A DNA stretch of 63,660 nt, the filler included, from Pirum gemmata (Eukaryota): the NCBI GenBank assembly GCA_002812295.1. It is 29 parts of 29 records of this genome, joined end to end, with 100 filler letters (N's around TTAATTAATTAA, not from the genome) between each part and the next. Parts side by side here need not be neighbours in the genome. Positions count along the whole stretch, not along the records: positions 40,233 to 44,160 come from PDIN01010703.1; positions 44,261 to 46,123 come from PDIN01010704.1; positions 46,224 to 48,051 come from PDIN01010705.1; positions 48,152 to 49,966 come from PDIN01010706.1; positions 50,067 to 51,886 come from PDIN01010707.1; positions 51,987 to 53,837 come from PDIN01010708.1; positions 53,938 to 55,776 come from PDIN01010709.1; 22 more parts are not named here. The stretch is one strand, 5' to 3'. The notes beneath the pieces are model-generated. The model was given only the letters and a program-made list of their open reading frames with translations, was not told the DNA's origin and made no database searches. The position numbers and the translations under genes are program-made. Numbering within the stretch: position 1 is the first letter of the stretch; each line of letters begins with the position of its first letter. Positions 40,501 to 54,167 of this stretch are shown here, piece after piece.

Positions 40501-41898
40501 TTAATTTTCAACCATCATTTCTATACATTGATCATCTTGTAATTTTACCTCTGCCTCTTTTTTACTTACTTCAGGTACATTTAGAGTAAGAACATCATCA
40601 AGCACATGCCAAAGGTTATGTGTATTCCTTTGCCATCTTTTAACATAAGAAGTAAGCCGCTGTTCATATTGTTCTGCAGCTATTTCTACACCAAATTCCT
40701 TTTTTTCTTCAAAAAATTTCAACACCCCATAGTTATGCGACGTTACAGCCATCGAAACCCCCATACCACTTACAGGCGAGCTAACCCCGGCCGCATCACC
40801 AACAACCAAAATTCTTGAGCCCACTACTAGTTTTTTCGCAATTTTATCCTGACACTCAAAAAAACTAGAATTCCACTTCAGTCTTTGGGTCTTCACCCCA
40901 AATAAACTACCCAACTTATTTGTATCCATAGTAGAGTAATCTTTCGCGTTTAACTTACCAGCATTTTCTTCCGTCACATGATAACACTCAGTTACTGCAA
41001 TTTCTTTATTAATAGGACTAAATAAGCCGATGACGGTGCGTTTGTGTTTTTCATTATTAGGTCTTACTACACCCATGTAAGAATCTTTTGGCTGTGCTTC
41101 GACGTTAGAAACGGTCCAAAGTTCCTTCCGAAGGCCATAATTCCATCCTCCAGCTAACCTTACAACATTAGGAGATTTAGCGCCTTCGGCAATAATCACA
41201 GTATAAGGGTTAGTTATAACAATTTCTTTTCCTTTTTTTCTTATTCTACAGGTTACAGTGTCAGTGTCAGGATTGTGATCTATAGTATTTATGCTTTTTT
41301 TTAATGTTTTTATACCAGCTTTTAAACAATGTTTGAATAAAAGTTCTTGTAAATCACAGATTCGAATAATTCTACCGTCAACGGTAAACTGGGTATCATC
41401 CTGCATCAATTCTGGACTGTAGTCTCTCAAACTGTCAATTTCGCTAAATTGAAACTTATTGTCCAAAGGTAATTCTGCGCGAATATCCAAGTGATCTGTG
41501 CCGTCGGATCGCCCAATTACTGTTTTGCTCATCCGATCACTTACTTTACATACATCTACTAAAACCCCCATTCTTTTCAAAAAAGGATAAGCATCAGTTT
41601 TAATAATAGCAATATTTCTTCTAGAGTACGCCATTCTCTTTTCAGTCACTAAGACTGTTTTCTCTGGGTGCATTTTTTTGGCTACTAACGCGGCCATCAA
41701 ACCAGCAGGTCCTTGGCCGGAAATAATTATAAGATCATTGGGTGCACAATCTTTTACTTTATTCAAAGTTGTGTTGGAAGTGACCAAGTATTCTTTGTTC
41801 TCTTTAATACCTTTGTTGATGTAGGCGTCCCGGGAGTAAGCCGTGGCAGGATCCTCGCCGTCGAATTTTTTTTCGTCCCTATGTTGTTGCATTCCCAT
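40501..41898 (-). CDS. Intronless FAD-dependent monooxygenase/oxidoreductase (aromatic hydroxylase/UbiH-like fold)
   Basis: GQGPAG Rossmann motif, IIAEGAKS (DG motif variant), VGDAA..SP.SG.G...A (GD motif); 465-aa intact ORF. Confidence 0.9.
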   Translation of the reverse strand: MGMQQHRDEKKFDGEDPATAYSRDAYINKGIKENKEYLVTSNTTLNKVKDCAPNDLIIISGQGPAGLMAALVAKKMHPEKTVLVTEKRMAYSRRNIAIIKTDAYPFLKRMGVLVDVCKVSDRMSKTVIGRSDGTDHLDIRAELPLDNKFQFSEIDSLRDYSPELMQDDTQFTVDGRIIRICDLQELLFKHCLKAGIKTLKKSINTIDHNPDTDTVTCRIRKKGKEIVITNPYTVIIAEGAKSPNVVRLAGGWNYGLRKELWTVSNVEAQPKDSYMGVVRPNNEKHKRTVIGLFSPINKEIAVTECYHVTEENAGKLNAKDYSTMDTNKLGSLFGVKTQRLKWNSSFFECQDKIAKKLVVGSRILVVGDAAGVSSPVSGMGVSMAVTSHNYGVLKFFEEKKEFGVEIAAEQYEQRLTSYVKRWQRNTHNLWHVLDDVLTLNVPEVSKKEAEVKLQDDQCIEMMVEN

Positions 41899-41963
41899 GG
41901 TTCTTATTGTTATTGTTGTTGTTGTTGTTGTTGTTGGTTGTTGTTGTTGGTTGTTGTTGTTGG

Positions 41964-41995
<32 letters not shown>

Positions 41996-42316
41996 ATAAA
42001 TTATTATTTTATTATTTTATTATTTTATTTTTATTATTTTATTTTTATTATTTATTATTTATTATTTATTGACCATATGGATAAGAAACGCCAANNNNNN
42101 NNNNNNNNNNNNNNNNNNNNNNNNNNNNNNNNNNNNNNNNNNNNNNNNNNNNNNNNNNNNNNNNNNNNNNNNNNNNNNNNNNNNNNNNNNNNNNNNNNNN
42201 NNNNNNNNNNNNNNNNNNNNNNNNNNNNNNNNNCTAATAGTAATAATAATACTTGATAATATTATACGATAACTATTATATATATTATATATATTTATAT
42301 ATATATTGATCGATAG

Positions 42317-42699
42317 TTATAAAAAATAAGCATAAAAAAGTCTTTAGTGATGGATTTCATATTAATACCATTCGTAATGAACTTACCCGAAAATATAATT
42401 TTGGTCCAAAGCTTTTCAGTAAGTTTATTCATTTATTTATTTACAATTTTTCTTTGTGTGAAAGATTTTATTCTTTTCTTCATGTTATCATAATATGGCT
42501 TTTATTGGATTTAGTAATTTTTGATAAAATATTACTATTATTATATTTTTGATAACCGAAAAATTATAGTAATGTTTATACTATCAATCAATTAAGAATA
42601 ATTCTATTTTCTATTTTCAATTTATTTGTATTTATTCATTTATTTTTCAATATGCTAGGTACACTTTTGCATAAGAACTTGGATCAATTAATCGACGAG
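42317..42699 (+). CDS. Two small exons (42317-42418, 42659-42699) of an unknown, possibly winged-helix/H15-like protein
   Basis: In-phase GT-AG join: IKNKHKKVFSDGFHINTIRNELTRKYNFGPKLFSTLLHKNLDQLIDE. Confidence 0.4.
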
Positions 42700-43129
42700 G
42701 TTTGTTGTGTTATTATTTTTATTGTCAACTTCATTTTCAATTTTTATTTATAAAAACAATTTGGTTTATATTTTTTTGCCTTTTAACTTTTTTGTGTATT
42801 TATTTTATTTTATTTTATCATGATGTTTAGTTTATTATTAACATTATTTTTTATTTATCAAACTTTGTCTTTGCTTTTTTAGATTTACACATTAAAACAC
42901 TTTCATAGGTGTATTTATTATAAATTATTATCACCCCACAAGTCAATAGTACTTGTACATAATTGTTATTATTATTATTATTATTATCAATTAATTGTCT
43001 ATAGTATATGTAAATATGTTTATAATTATTATTATTATTATTATTATTAGCATTGTTTTCATTATTATTATTAATCGTTTTTCTTCTTTTTCCTTTTATA
43101 TATATATATGTGTGTGGTGTGTATGTGTG

Positions 43130-43229
<100 letters not shown>

Positions 43230-43230
43230 N

Positions 43231-43538
43231 GCAAAGATCAGCAACAGGAATTCTTCTTTGTGCTACATTTTCCTGTTAGGATTAGAAAGCACAATAATAT
43301 TATTATCTTCTAGTCGGCAAAGATCAGCAACAGGAATTCTTCTTTGCGCTACATTTTCCTGTGAGGATTAGAAAGCACAATAGTATTATCTTCTCGTCGG
43401 CAAAGACCAGCAACAGGAATTCTTCTTTGCGCTACATTTTCCTGTGAGGATTAATTAGAAAGCACAATAGCATTATCTTCTCGTCGGCAAAGACCAGCAA
43501 CAAGAATTCTTCTTTGCGCTACATTTTCCTGTGAGGAT
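43231..43538. repeat. About 80-90-bp tandem repeat, roughly 4 copies, derived from the 3' end of the Cys-rich gene
   Basis: GCAAAGAYCAGCAACARGAATTCTTCTTTGYGCTACATTTTCCTGT repeated. Confidence 0.9.
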
Positions 43539-43799
43539 ATTGTAACTACAACAACATTTTCTTTCTCGTCTTTCAAGTGAAATTCCGGTACAACCATTTT
43601 GACAAATTTTCATTTCAGCTGCACAGTTTAAGCTGCAAGTAGTTGATCCTTCACAATTATTGATGCAATTCGCTAATGAAGAATCGCATTGATTAGTGCA
43701 TTTTGTATTTTAAGCAATGGGGACGGCATTTGCAAAAGACGAGAAGAGCATAAAAGTAAGCAATGCTAATAAAGTAAAAGTTTTGAAGCCAAATAACAT
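43473..43799 (-). pseudogene. Small secreted Cys-rich precursor with an in-frame TAA at 43712-43710
   Basis: Signal peptide MLFGFKTFTLLALLTFMLFSSFANAVPIA, then stop, then in-frame CX3CX6CX3CX5CX3CX6CX3C and KCCCSYNILTGKCSAKKNSCCWSLPTRR*. Confidence 0.7.
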
Positions 43800-44508
43800 T
43801 TTGAATTTATAAATTTTTTCTTCTTTTTTTATTGTTAATTAATAATAAAGGTTGTAGGTTGTAGATTTATATTTATTTTTTGTTTTTGCTTTTGTTGTTT
43901 TTGTGATTACTTATATAGTTTTTTTTTTTTTGGAAAAATGATTATCAAAATAACTTCATAATAAAAACAGTTATATAAGACTTATATAAGAGTAGGGGTG
44001 AGATATCTACTGGAACTTTTTTCGAACATATGCTTATCGAGCCAACCTAATAATAGCAGTTAAATAGTTCAATATAGTAAATCTAATTATAGCAGTTACC
44101 AATTAAAGTAACAATATTAACATTAATAGTAATAAAACCATAAAATCGGAAAAGTTCCGGNNNNNNNNNNNNNNNNNNNNNNNNNNNNNNNNNNNNNNNN
44201 NNNNTTAATTAATTAANNNNNNNNNNNNNNNNNNNNNNNNNNNNNNNNNNNNNNNNNNNNTTATTATTATTATTTTCACTACTGCTACTTTTACTTTTAC
44301 TTCTACAAAACCATTATTATACGCACCCTTCTGATAACTATGTTTATTATTACTGTTGCTATTTAACACCAATACTACTGCACTACATTACTGAATATGC
44401 TAATGTAAGAAGAAAGGTTGGTTTAAACTTTCTTCTCTCTCTTTTTGTGTCTATGCTGTACTTACTTTCATTGCAACTCATTCTCGAAAATTTTCTTTTT
44501 CTTTAAAG

Positions 44509-45657
44509 CCAATCTTGAGGTTACGAAAACTTGTTTAGGCAAGTAAAAGGTCATATCATTAATCGCTTTCCTGAAATTGATGATGTTAAGGGTGTTAGAC
44601 ACCCTCCCTCTCCAACCGCGCAATTTTTTGTAAAGTAAGTTTTTATAGTGTGCAAGTGTTATTATTATTGTTTTTTTTTATTGTTATTGTTATTGTTTTG
44701 TTATTGTTATTGTTATTGTTATTGTTATTGTTATTGCTATTGCTATTGTTATTTTTGTTGTTGTTGTTGTTATTATTGTTATTGTTATTGTTATTGTTAT
44801 TGTTATTGTTATTGTTATTGTTATTCTTATTCTTATTGTTATTACTTATATTATTATTATTTATTATTGTTATTATTATTGTTATTATTATTATTTGTTA
44901 TTGTTATTGTTATTGTTATTGTTTTTGTCATTGTTATTGTTATTGTGTTATTGTTATTGCTATTGTTATTCTTGTTATTGCTATTGTTATTCTTGTTATT
45001 GCTATTGTTATTCTTGTTCTTGTTCTTATTCTTGTTCTTGTTCTTGTTCTTGTTCTTGTTCTTGTTCTTGCTCTTGTTNTTGTTATTGTTATTGTTATAG
45101 TTATTGTTATTGTTATTGTTATTGTTATTGTTATTGTTATTGTTATTGTTATTGTTATTGTTATTGTTATTGCCATTATCATTGTCTTTTTTTTTCTTCT
45201 GATGTTGCTGTTTGCTTTATTACGATCCATTATTAATAATACTATAACCCAATTCTACTTTTTATATTACTGTTAATGTTTGTTTGTTGTTTTATTTCTT
45301 TCTGTATTGTCACTTAAACTGCTACTGTAGTTGCTGTTGTATTTTTTACTGTGTTTCATTATTGGTGATATCCACTCATTTCGCTGTCTATGTACACTGC
45401 TGTTCTTTTATTGTAGCATTATCTTTTTTTTGCAAATGGGGCTTTTTTCAATGACAATTTTTGGTGATAGTATATTTAGTATGCTTGGAATCGAAGAGAA
45501 TAACAGTAGCAACAATCAACCTCGAAACGCTTCTAATAGTGGATCTAATGATACTAACAGCGTTTACCCTTCATGGTATTTGCAGCTGCGGGACAATAAA
45601 ATGATGGCGTGCTTTGCAATTTGGATTACAGGTTTGTTTCACAATTCCTGACCGTAT

Positions 45658-45694
<37 letters not shown>

Positions 45695-45918
45695 AATCAT
45701 TTTGTTGAAGTTTTATCAATATTAAACCGTGTTTTTTGGACTCTAATGTTGGTTTTGCTTTTTTATTGTTTTTATTCTTTGTAATGAACGTGATGATTTT
45801 GCTATATATGTAGTTTTGTAACTATTATAGCATCATATCTATTTTATGTCTAGCAATCTTAGCTTATATTTCTACTTCTTTATAGATAATTTTGTTGTGA
45901 TTGTTACTTCCTATTCTG

Positions 45919-45977
<59 letters not shown>

Positions 45978-46102
45978 GTGGCTGTGGTTGTGGTTGTGGT
46001 TATTATTATTATTATTTATTGTTATTTATTGTTATTATTATTTAGGGAATGCTATTGTCAATCAGTTAACATCAACTGGTGCATTCGAGATATTTATTGG
46101 AG
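44509..46102 (+). CDS. SELENOT: Selenoprotein T homolog with in-frame UGA (Sec) at 44516-44518; exons 44509-44634, 45417-45631, 46046-46102; both ends truncated
   Basis: (C)QSUGYENLFRQVK..I..RFPEI..V.G..HPP; W...RDNKMMAC; NQLTSTGAFEI. All exons splice in phase. Confidence 0.88.
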
Positions 46103-46223
46103 GTTACAAAAACAATATTATTANNNNNNNNNNNNNNNNNNNNNNNNNNNNNNNNNNNNNNNNNNNNTTAATTAATTAANNNNNNNNNNNNNNNNNNNNN
46201 NNNNNNNNNNNNNNNNNNNNNNN

Positions 46224-46256
<33 letters not shown>

Positions 46257-46340
46257 CACCGCCGCCGCCTACTAACAACACAGCCAACACCACCACCACC
46301 ACCACTAATATTACTACTACTCCTAATACTACTACATTAG

Positions 46341-46781
46341 GTTATAGATTTTATTATGTTTGGACCCATGTCTCATTTAACTGGTGGTTTATCTGAGAAA
46401 ACTAGCGATGGGTTGGACGCAGTATCTGAATCCCAAAGGTTATCAGGTTTTCAATCCAACTTTCCATCGAAATACTTAACTTAAATGTACGATTTCGATC
46501 AAGCAAACCTAAATAAAGAATTACCTTCTTTATATGAATATAATCATATTAACGGTTTTGTTCTTGGCCCTTTAAAAACGGATTATTCGAAGCCATGTCC
46601 AACTTTCCACACCCCTCGTGACAGAGAGAGAAGGCAAAGTAATACTAACTGTATTAGTTTGCAGGAAGCAGTTTGGGGTACAAAGCTGTTAATAGAGTTA
46701 GAAGCTATCAAAAAGATGGTTGATCCTAATCATATTCTTAAATGTTACCCTTGTGTTGGTTTTAATTATAAAGATTGGTAA
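46341..46781 (+). pseudogene. Terminal exon of a BBE-domain (VAO/berberine-bridge family) FAD oxidase with in-frame TAA at 46482-46484
   Basis: QEAVWGTKLL.ELEAIKKMVDPNHILKCYPCVG fits WG....L..IK...DP...C..CVG; frame open from TAG acceptor except one TAA. Confidence 0.65.
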
Positions 46782-47240
46782 GATAATGAGTAACCTTCTT
46801 TATATGAATATAATCATATTAACGGTTTTGTTGTTGGTCCTTCAAAAACGGATTATTCGAAGTCTTGTCCAATTTTCCACACCCCCCGTGACAGAGAGAG
46901 GGGGCAAAGTAATATCAACTGTATCAGTTTGCAGGAAGCAGTTTGGGGTACAAAGCTGTTGATAGAGTTAGAAGTTCTCAAAACGTTGGTTGATCCTAAT
47001 CATATTCTTAAATGTTACCCTTGTGTTGGTTTTAATTATAAAGACAGGTAACATATTGAGTAACCTTCTTTATATGAATATAATCACATTAACGATTTTG
47101 TTGTTGGTCCTTTGAAAACGGATTATTCGATGCCTTGTCCAATTTTCCACACCCCTCGTGACAGAGAGAGAGGTCAAAGTAATGTCAACTGTGTCAGTTG
47201 AAGGAAGTAGTCTGGGGGTACAAAATTCATAGAAAAACTT
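46523..47240 (+). repeat. 270-bp tandem triplication of the oxidase 3' end (units start 46523, 46793, 47063)
   Basis: ACCTTCTTTATATGAATATAATCA recurs at exact 270-bp spacing; copy 2 carries indels and copy 3 is diverged and truncated. Confidence 0.93.
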
Positions 47241-47457
47241 GAAACTCGAAAAAAAAAAAAAGAATATCATTTCCAAATTATCACTATTTAATAATTAGGG
47301 TCGATTCAATTTTCTTCTACTCTAGGCAGATAGCCAACTAGATATATGTTTTTTATAACTGGAACCTTTTCTTAGCTTTAAAAGCTTTTTCTAGCTAGTC
47401 TAGCCTAGCTACTCTCGCTAGATTGATTAAAAAAAAAAAAAAAAACAAACAACAAAA

Positions 47458-47491
<34 letters not shown>

Positions 47492-48989
47492 GTTCCGGAA
47501 ACACAAAAATTGTTATATTATTTATAAAAACCCGTGCCCTAAACAAAAAAAGCATACCCAAAAACAAAAAAAAAATGCCTAAAAAAGAAAACCTGTCGGA
47601 AATATGCCCAAAACAAAAAAAGCATACCCTAAACAAAAAAACCATGACTGAAAGGAAACAGAAGAGACCCCTTTTTCTTTCTCATTTTTTCCTTTTTTTT
47701 TAAATGAATTTTCATTTGTTCTTAATAATGTAGTATCTTATTTCAGAAAAAGTCCTTTATTTAAATTGGGTGCGAAAAATATGTGCTACATTTGAAATAA
47801 ATGTTTTTTCATTAGTGTTCTTACCCTAACCCTAACCCTAATCAAAAGTTTCGAACTAGTTTAGATTCGATGGTTTTTCCCGCATCTCCCAGCAATATCT
47901 CGTTTAACCTTTTAGTTGATCTGTATTACTGTCCATTCATCAATGATAAAACCTATGTAACACACACCCACACACACACACAATATATATATATATATAT
48001 AGGAATTGTATTTAGAATCAAAATTAAACATGTAATAATAATAATAATAATNNNNNNNNNNNNNNNNNNNNNNNNNNNNNNNNNNNNNNNNNNNNTTAAT
48101 TAATTAANNNNNNNNNNNNNNNNNNNNNNNNNNNNNNNNNNNNNNNNNNNNATTTATCATTTATCATTTATCATTTATCATATATCAGTTATCAGTTATC
48201 AGTTATCAGTTATTAGTTATCACTTATCATTTACCATTTACCATTATCATTATGATTATCATTGTAATTTTAATCATTGTTAACGCTGTCGCTATTTTTT
48301 TTATCGCTATGATCATGATCATGATCATCATTATTCATCATTATCATTATTATCATTATTATCATCTTATTAACACTCATCATTGTCATTATAATTTCGT
48401 TATCATTATCTTATCATTTATCATTTATCATTTATCATTTATCATTTATCATTTATCATTTATCATTTNTTATCATTTACCATTTACCATTATCATTATG
48501 ATTATCATTGTAATTTTAATCATTGTTAACGCTGTCGCTTTTTTTTTTATCGCTATGATCATGATCATGATCATCATTATTCATCATTATCATTATTATC
48601 ATTATTATCATTATTATCATCTTATTAACACTCATCATTGTCATTATAATTTCGTTATCATTATCATCATTATCATCATTATCAATTTTTCTATAATCGT
48701 TATCATCATCATTACGGTCCTTAGCCTCATCATTATCATCCTTCTTATCATTATCATCCTTAGCCTTATCATTATCAGTTTAAGTATTGTTCCTACAATT
48801 ATTATTATTATTATTATTATTATTGTTTTTCATATTATATTAGCATTACATTATCATTATATTATCATTATCATTATTAGTTCCATCATCATCAGCATCA
48901 TCAGCATCATCAGCATCATCAGCATCATCAGCATCATCAGCATCATCAGCATCATCATCACTATTACTATCATCGTCATCATTGTTATG

Positions 48990-49021
<32 letters not shown>

Positions 49022-49025
49022 TGTT

Positions 49026-49060
<35 letters not shown>

Positions 49061-49281
49061 TGTTTTCATCATCTTCATCATCATCATCATCGTTATCATC
49101 ATCTTCTTCATCATCAGCATCATTACTATTATCGTTTCATTCATTTTATTTATTTATTAACTGGTAAAAAAAATACTTTACTTTTAATAGATCAATTTTT
49201 CTTGTTCCGATGAATAATTATTCTGATGTTTTGTAATGTTCTTTTATTTTCTTGGTTTTAATGATTTGTTTTTTTTTTTAG

Positions 49282-49404
49282 GTTAAAAAAGAGACTTTGG
49301 ATCGTACCCTGAACATTCTCTCTGGTCGCATTACCATTGATTTACATAGGGAGTTTTTATTTAGAAATAATAAAAGTGATATGCTTTTGTTAAAAAATAT
49401 AAAG
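49282..49404 (+). CDS. PSMD1: Exon of 26S proteasome regulatory subunit Rpn2
   Basis: ILSGRITIDLHREFLFRNNKSDMLLLKNIK; TAG and GTATG boundaries. Confidence 0.85.
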
Positions 49405-49437
49405 GTATGTATGTATGTATGTATGTATGTATGTATG

Positions 49438-49469
<32 letters not shown>

Positions 49470-49506
49470 CGTGTGTGTGTGTGTGTGTATGTGTGTGTGT
49501 GTATGT

Positions 49507-49546
<40 letters not shown>

Positions 49547-50599
49547 ATGTATGTATGTATGTATGTATGTTTGTATGTATGTATGTATGTATGCTGTTGC
49601 TACTTTTTTTTAAAGCTTATTTTGGTTTTTTGAAGGGAGTAAATGACGTCTTTTTATTATTCAAACAACTTTTCGAATATTTGTTCTTTTCCGCCTAGGC
49701 TGTTAGGGTTAGCTGGCTGTAATAGGGTTAGGGGCAGGTGTAAGGATAGTTAGGAGGTAGGGTTAGGTAAGACTCGAAATAAGTTCGAAACCATATCTCG
49801 TCTCACTTTTATTTTCTTATTTGGTTGTTTTGGGAGCTTGTCGTTTTCGGTTTCGGTTTTATTTATTTGTTGATTTTTGTTTAATTAGTATTAGCATTAG
49901 TATTAGTATTGTTATTGTTATTGTTATTGTTATTGTTATTATTATTGTTATTGTTATTGTTATTGTNNNNNNNNNNNNNNNNNNNNNNNNNNNNNNNNNN
50001 NNNNNNNNNNTTAATTAATTAANNNNNNNNNNNNNNNNNNNNNNNNNNNNNNNNNNNNNNNNNNNNTTATTGATTATTGATTATTGATTATTGATTATGA
50101 TTATGATTATGATTATGATTATGATTAATAGTATGATTATGATTATGAATAATAAATATTATTTTGATTATTTTTATTATTAGTATTATTAGTATTATTA
50201 TTATTATGCCTTTTATTATGATTATTCTTATTACTATTCTTCTGGTTATTGTTCTGATTATTATTATTATTATTATTATTATTATCTGGTTATTAATTTT
50301 TTTATTCTTTTTTATTTATATTATTACTTATTTGGCATTCTTATTGTTATTATACCTCATTGATTAATGAGTTATGGGAAGTTGTTAATTTCTCTCTCTT
50401 TTTTTTTTTAGTATTGAAAATGTTTTTTATAATTTATTATATCGATCTTATTTTTTTTTAATCAAGAGACAAATGTATCATGTATAGTCTTTTTTACGAT
50501 CATTTTAATTTTAATTTCAATAACACTTGTAATAAATTAAGATTTTGTTTATTAATATTTTTGTTCTACATTTTTTAATGTTGTGTTTGGTTTTTTTAG

Positions 50600-50723
50600 G
50601 AGTGAAAAAGCTATTCGCAGAAAAACAACTGGTACTGGTCGCATGCGCTACATGAAAACCGTTCCACGCAGAGCTAAAAATGGTTTCCGTGAAGGCCAAC
50701 AAGCAAAACCTAGACAAGCATAA
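50600..50723 (+). CDS. RPL37: Last exon of 60S ribosomal protein eL37
   Basis: (W)[32 protein letters not shown]; not in ORF track. Confidence 0.95.
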
Positions 50724-51052
50724 ATTTGTATTATCACTAGTAATTTAGCAAAGCAATGATAATAAAACATATCAATGAAAATTATATAATAAATTTAAGT
50801 TTAGGTCCTGTGTGATTAAGTGTAAAATGAAAAAATAATAAATAACAATATTTCAACCCTCCAAAAAAAAAGTTGTTCGTTTATTTCGGTTTTTTGTTCT
50901 TTTTGTTTATATGTTAATTGTTATTAAAATCTAATTAAGTGTAATAATAATAATAATAATAATAGTGAAGATAACGGTGTTATTAAAAAAACACAACATG
51001 GAATTCCTTTTATTTTATTATTATTATTATTTTTATTAATTATAAGCATCAC

Positions 51053-51090
<38 letters not shown>

Positions 51091-52077
51091 TATTGCTATT
51101 ATTATTGCTATTGCTATTATTATTATTATTATTATTATTATGGTTATTATTATTTTAATAGCTTAGTCAGTCATGATATTAATGTGAATAAGTGCAATCG
51201 TGAAGTAAGAAAAAGAGTTAATAGGAAAGAGTTAAAAGACTTTATGCTAAGAGTAAATGTGATGAATATAAAATAGTTAACGGTAGGAAGATAGATAGGA
51301 AGTTTAGTATTAATCCTGACTTATCGTGTTATTCAATAGTGCTTTCCAGTTCAAAAACGAAAATTAACATACCAAATTTTTATTATGCTTAAACTATCAT
51401 GCATGTTTTAATTAATTTGGTACTTTATAATTAAATGTTGTGTTTTATAAACAATTGCAATTTTACACTTAAAACGATACCTGATTAAATATTGAGAGGA
51501 CAACTATAATGAAATAGACGATAATTGTTATTAATGATATCTCGTTTAAAATTTAAATTATTGAGCAACACTAGTTGTCTCAATCTTTTTATTAGTTTTA
51601 TTCTTTATTATTATTATTATTATGTTATTATTATTTTTATTGCTCTAATTATTCTTATTATTCTTGTTCTTACTCTTAGTCTTATTTTATTCTTTATTAT
51701 TATAATTATTATTATTATATTATTATTTTTAGTATTGTTAGTTTTAGTATTATTCTTGGTATTATCTTTATTATTATTATTCTTATTACTCTAAATAATT
51801 ATTCTTATTGCTCTAATTCTTATTATACTTATTCTTATTATTCTTATTCTTATTCTTATTCTTTATTCTTATTCTTATTCTTATTCNNNNNNNNNNNNNN
51901 NNNNNNNNNNNNNNNNNNNNNNNNNNNNNNTTAATTAATTAANNNNNNNNNNNNNNNNNNNNNNNNNNNNNNNNNNNNNNNNNNNNTAATGATAATGATA
52001 ATAATAATAATAATAATGATGATAATGATAATGATAATGCTTGTTCTATTTTTCTTTATTTTGTTTTCGGGGTTTAG

Positions 52078-52968
<891 letters not shown>

Positions 52969-53011
52969 GTAATTAATGCCTACTTGATCCAACTCCATGG
53001 TAATTCGCTTT

Positions 53012-53818
53012 TCAATTTCCATTCGAATATACTAGTTTTTTTTAGATTTGAAAATTCGATTTTTTTCAATATTTTCGTTAAAATTTTTACAATTCGATTT
53101 TGATATTCATTTTTATTTCCATTCGAATATATGAGTTTGTTTAGATTTGAAAATTCGATTTTTTTTCAATATTTTCCTTAAAATTTTAACAATTCGATTT
53201 TGATCATCATTTTAATTTCCATTCGAATATATGAGTTTGTTTAGCTTTGAAAATTCGATTTTTTTTCAATATTTTCGTTAAAATTTTAACAATTCGATTT
53301 TGATCATCATTTTAATTTCCATTCGAATATATGAGTTTGTTTAGCTTTGAAAATTCGATTTTTTTTCAATATTTTCGTTTAAGTTTTAACAATTCGATTT
53401 TGATTATCATTTTAATTTCCATTCGAATATATGAGTTTGTTTAGATTTGAAAATTAGATTTTTTTTCAATATTTTCGTTAAAATATTAACAATTCGATTT
53501 TGATCATCATTTTAATTTCCATTCGAATATAAGAGTTTGTTTAGCTTTGAAAATTCGATTTTTTTCTATATTTTCGTTTAAATTTCAACAATTTAAAATT
53601 TCAACAATTCGATTTTGATCATCATTTTAATTTCCATTCAAATATATGAGTTTGTTTAGCTTTGAAAATTAGATGTTTTTCAGTACTTTCGTTTAAATTT
53701 AAACAATTCGATTTTGATCACCTTTTAATTTCCATTCGAATATATGAGTTTGTTTAGCTTTGAAAATTCAATTTTTTTCAATGTTTTCGTTAAAATTTTA
53801 ACACTTCGATTTTTATCA
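53012..53818. repeat. About 101-bp tandem satellite, roughly 8 copies
   Basis: AATTTCCATTCGAATATATGAGTTTGTTTAGMTTTGAAAATTCGATTTTTTTTCAATATTTTCGTTAAAATTTTAACAATTCGATTTTGATCATCATTTT. Confidence 0.95.
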
Positions 53819-53937
53819 TCATCATCATTATTATTATNNNNNNNNNNNNNNNNNNNNNNNNNNNNNNNNNNNNNNNNNNNNTTAATTAATTAANNNNNNN
53901 NNNNNNNNNNNNNNNNNNNNNNNNNNNNNNNNNNNNN

Positions 53938-53969
<32 letters not shown>

Positions 53970-54125
53970 CGCTACTTCTACTACTACTTCTACTAACTAC
54001 TAACTGCTATATTATATCAATTAATAGTACCTAATAATGTTTGTATTTGTATTGTAATTCCTATGTTTCTGGCTGTAATAACTTTAAGGACTTAAAACTA
54101 CTACTACTACTACTACTACTACTAT

Positions 54126-54167
<42 letters not shown>

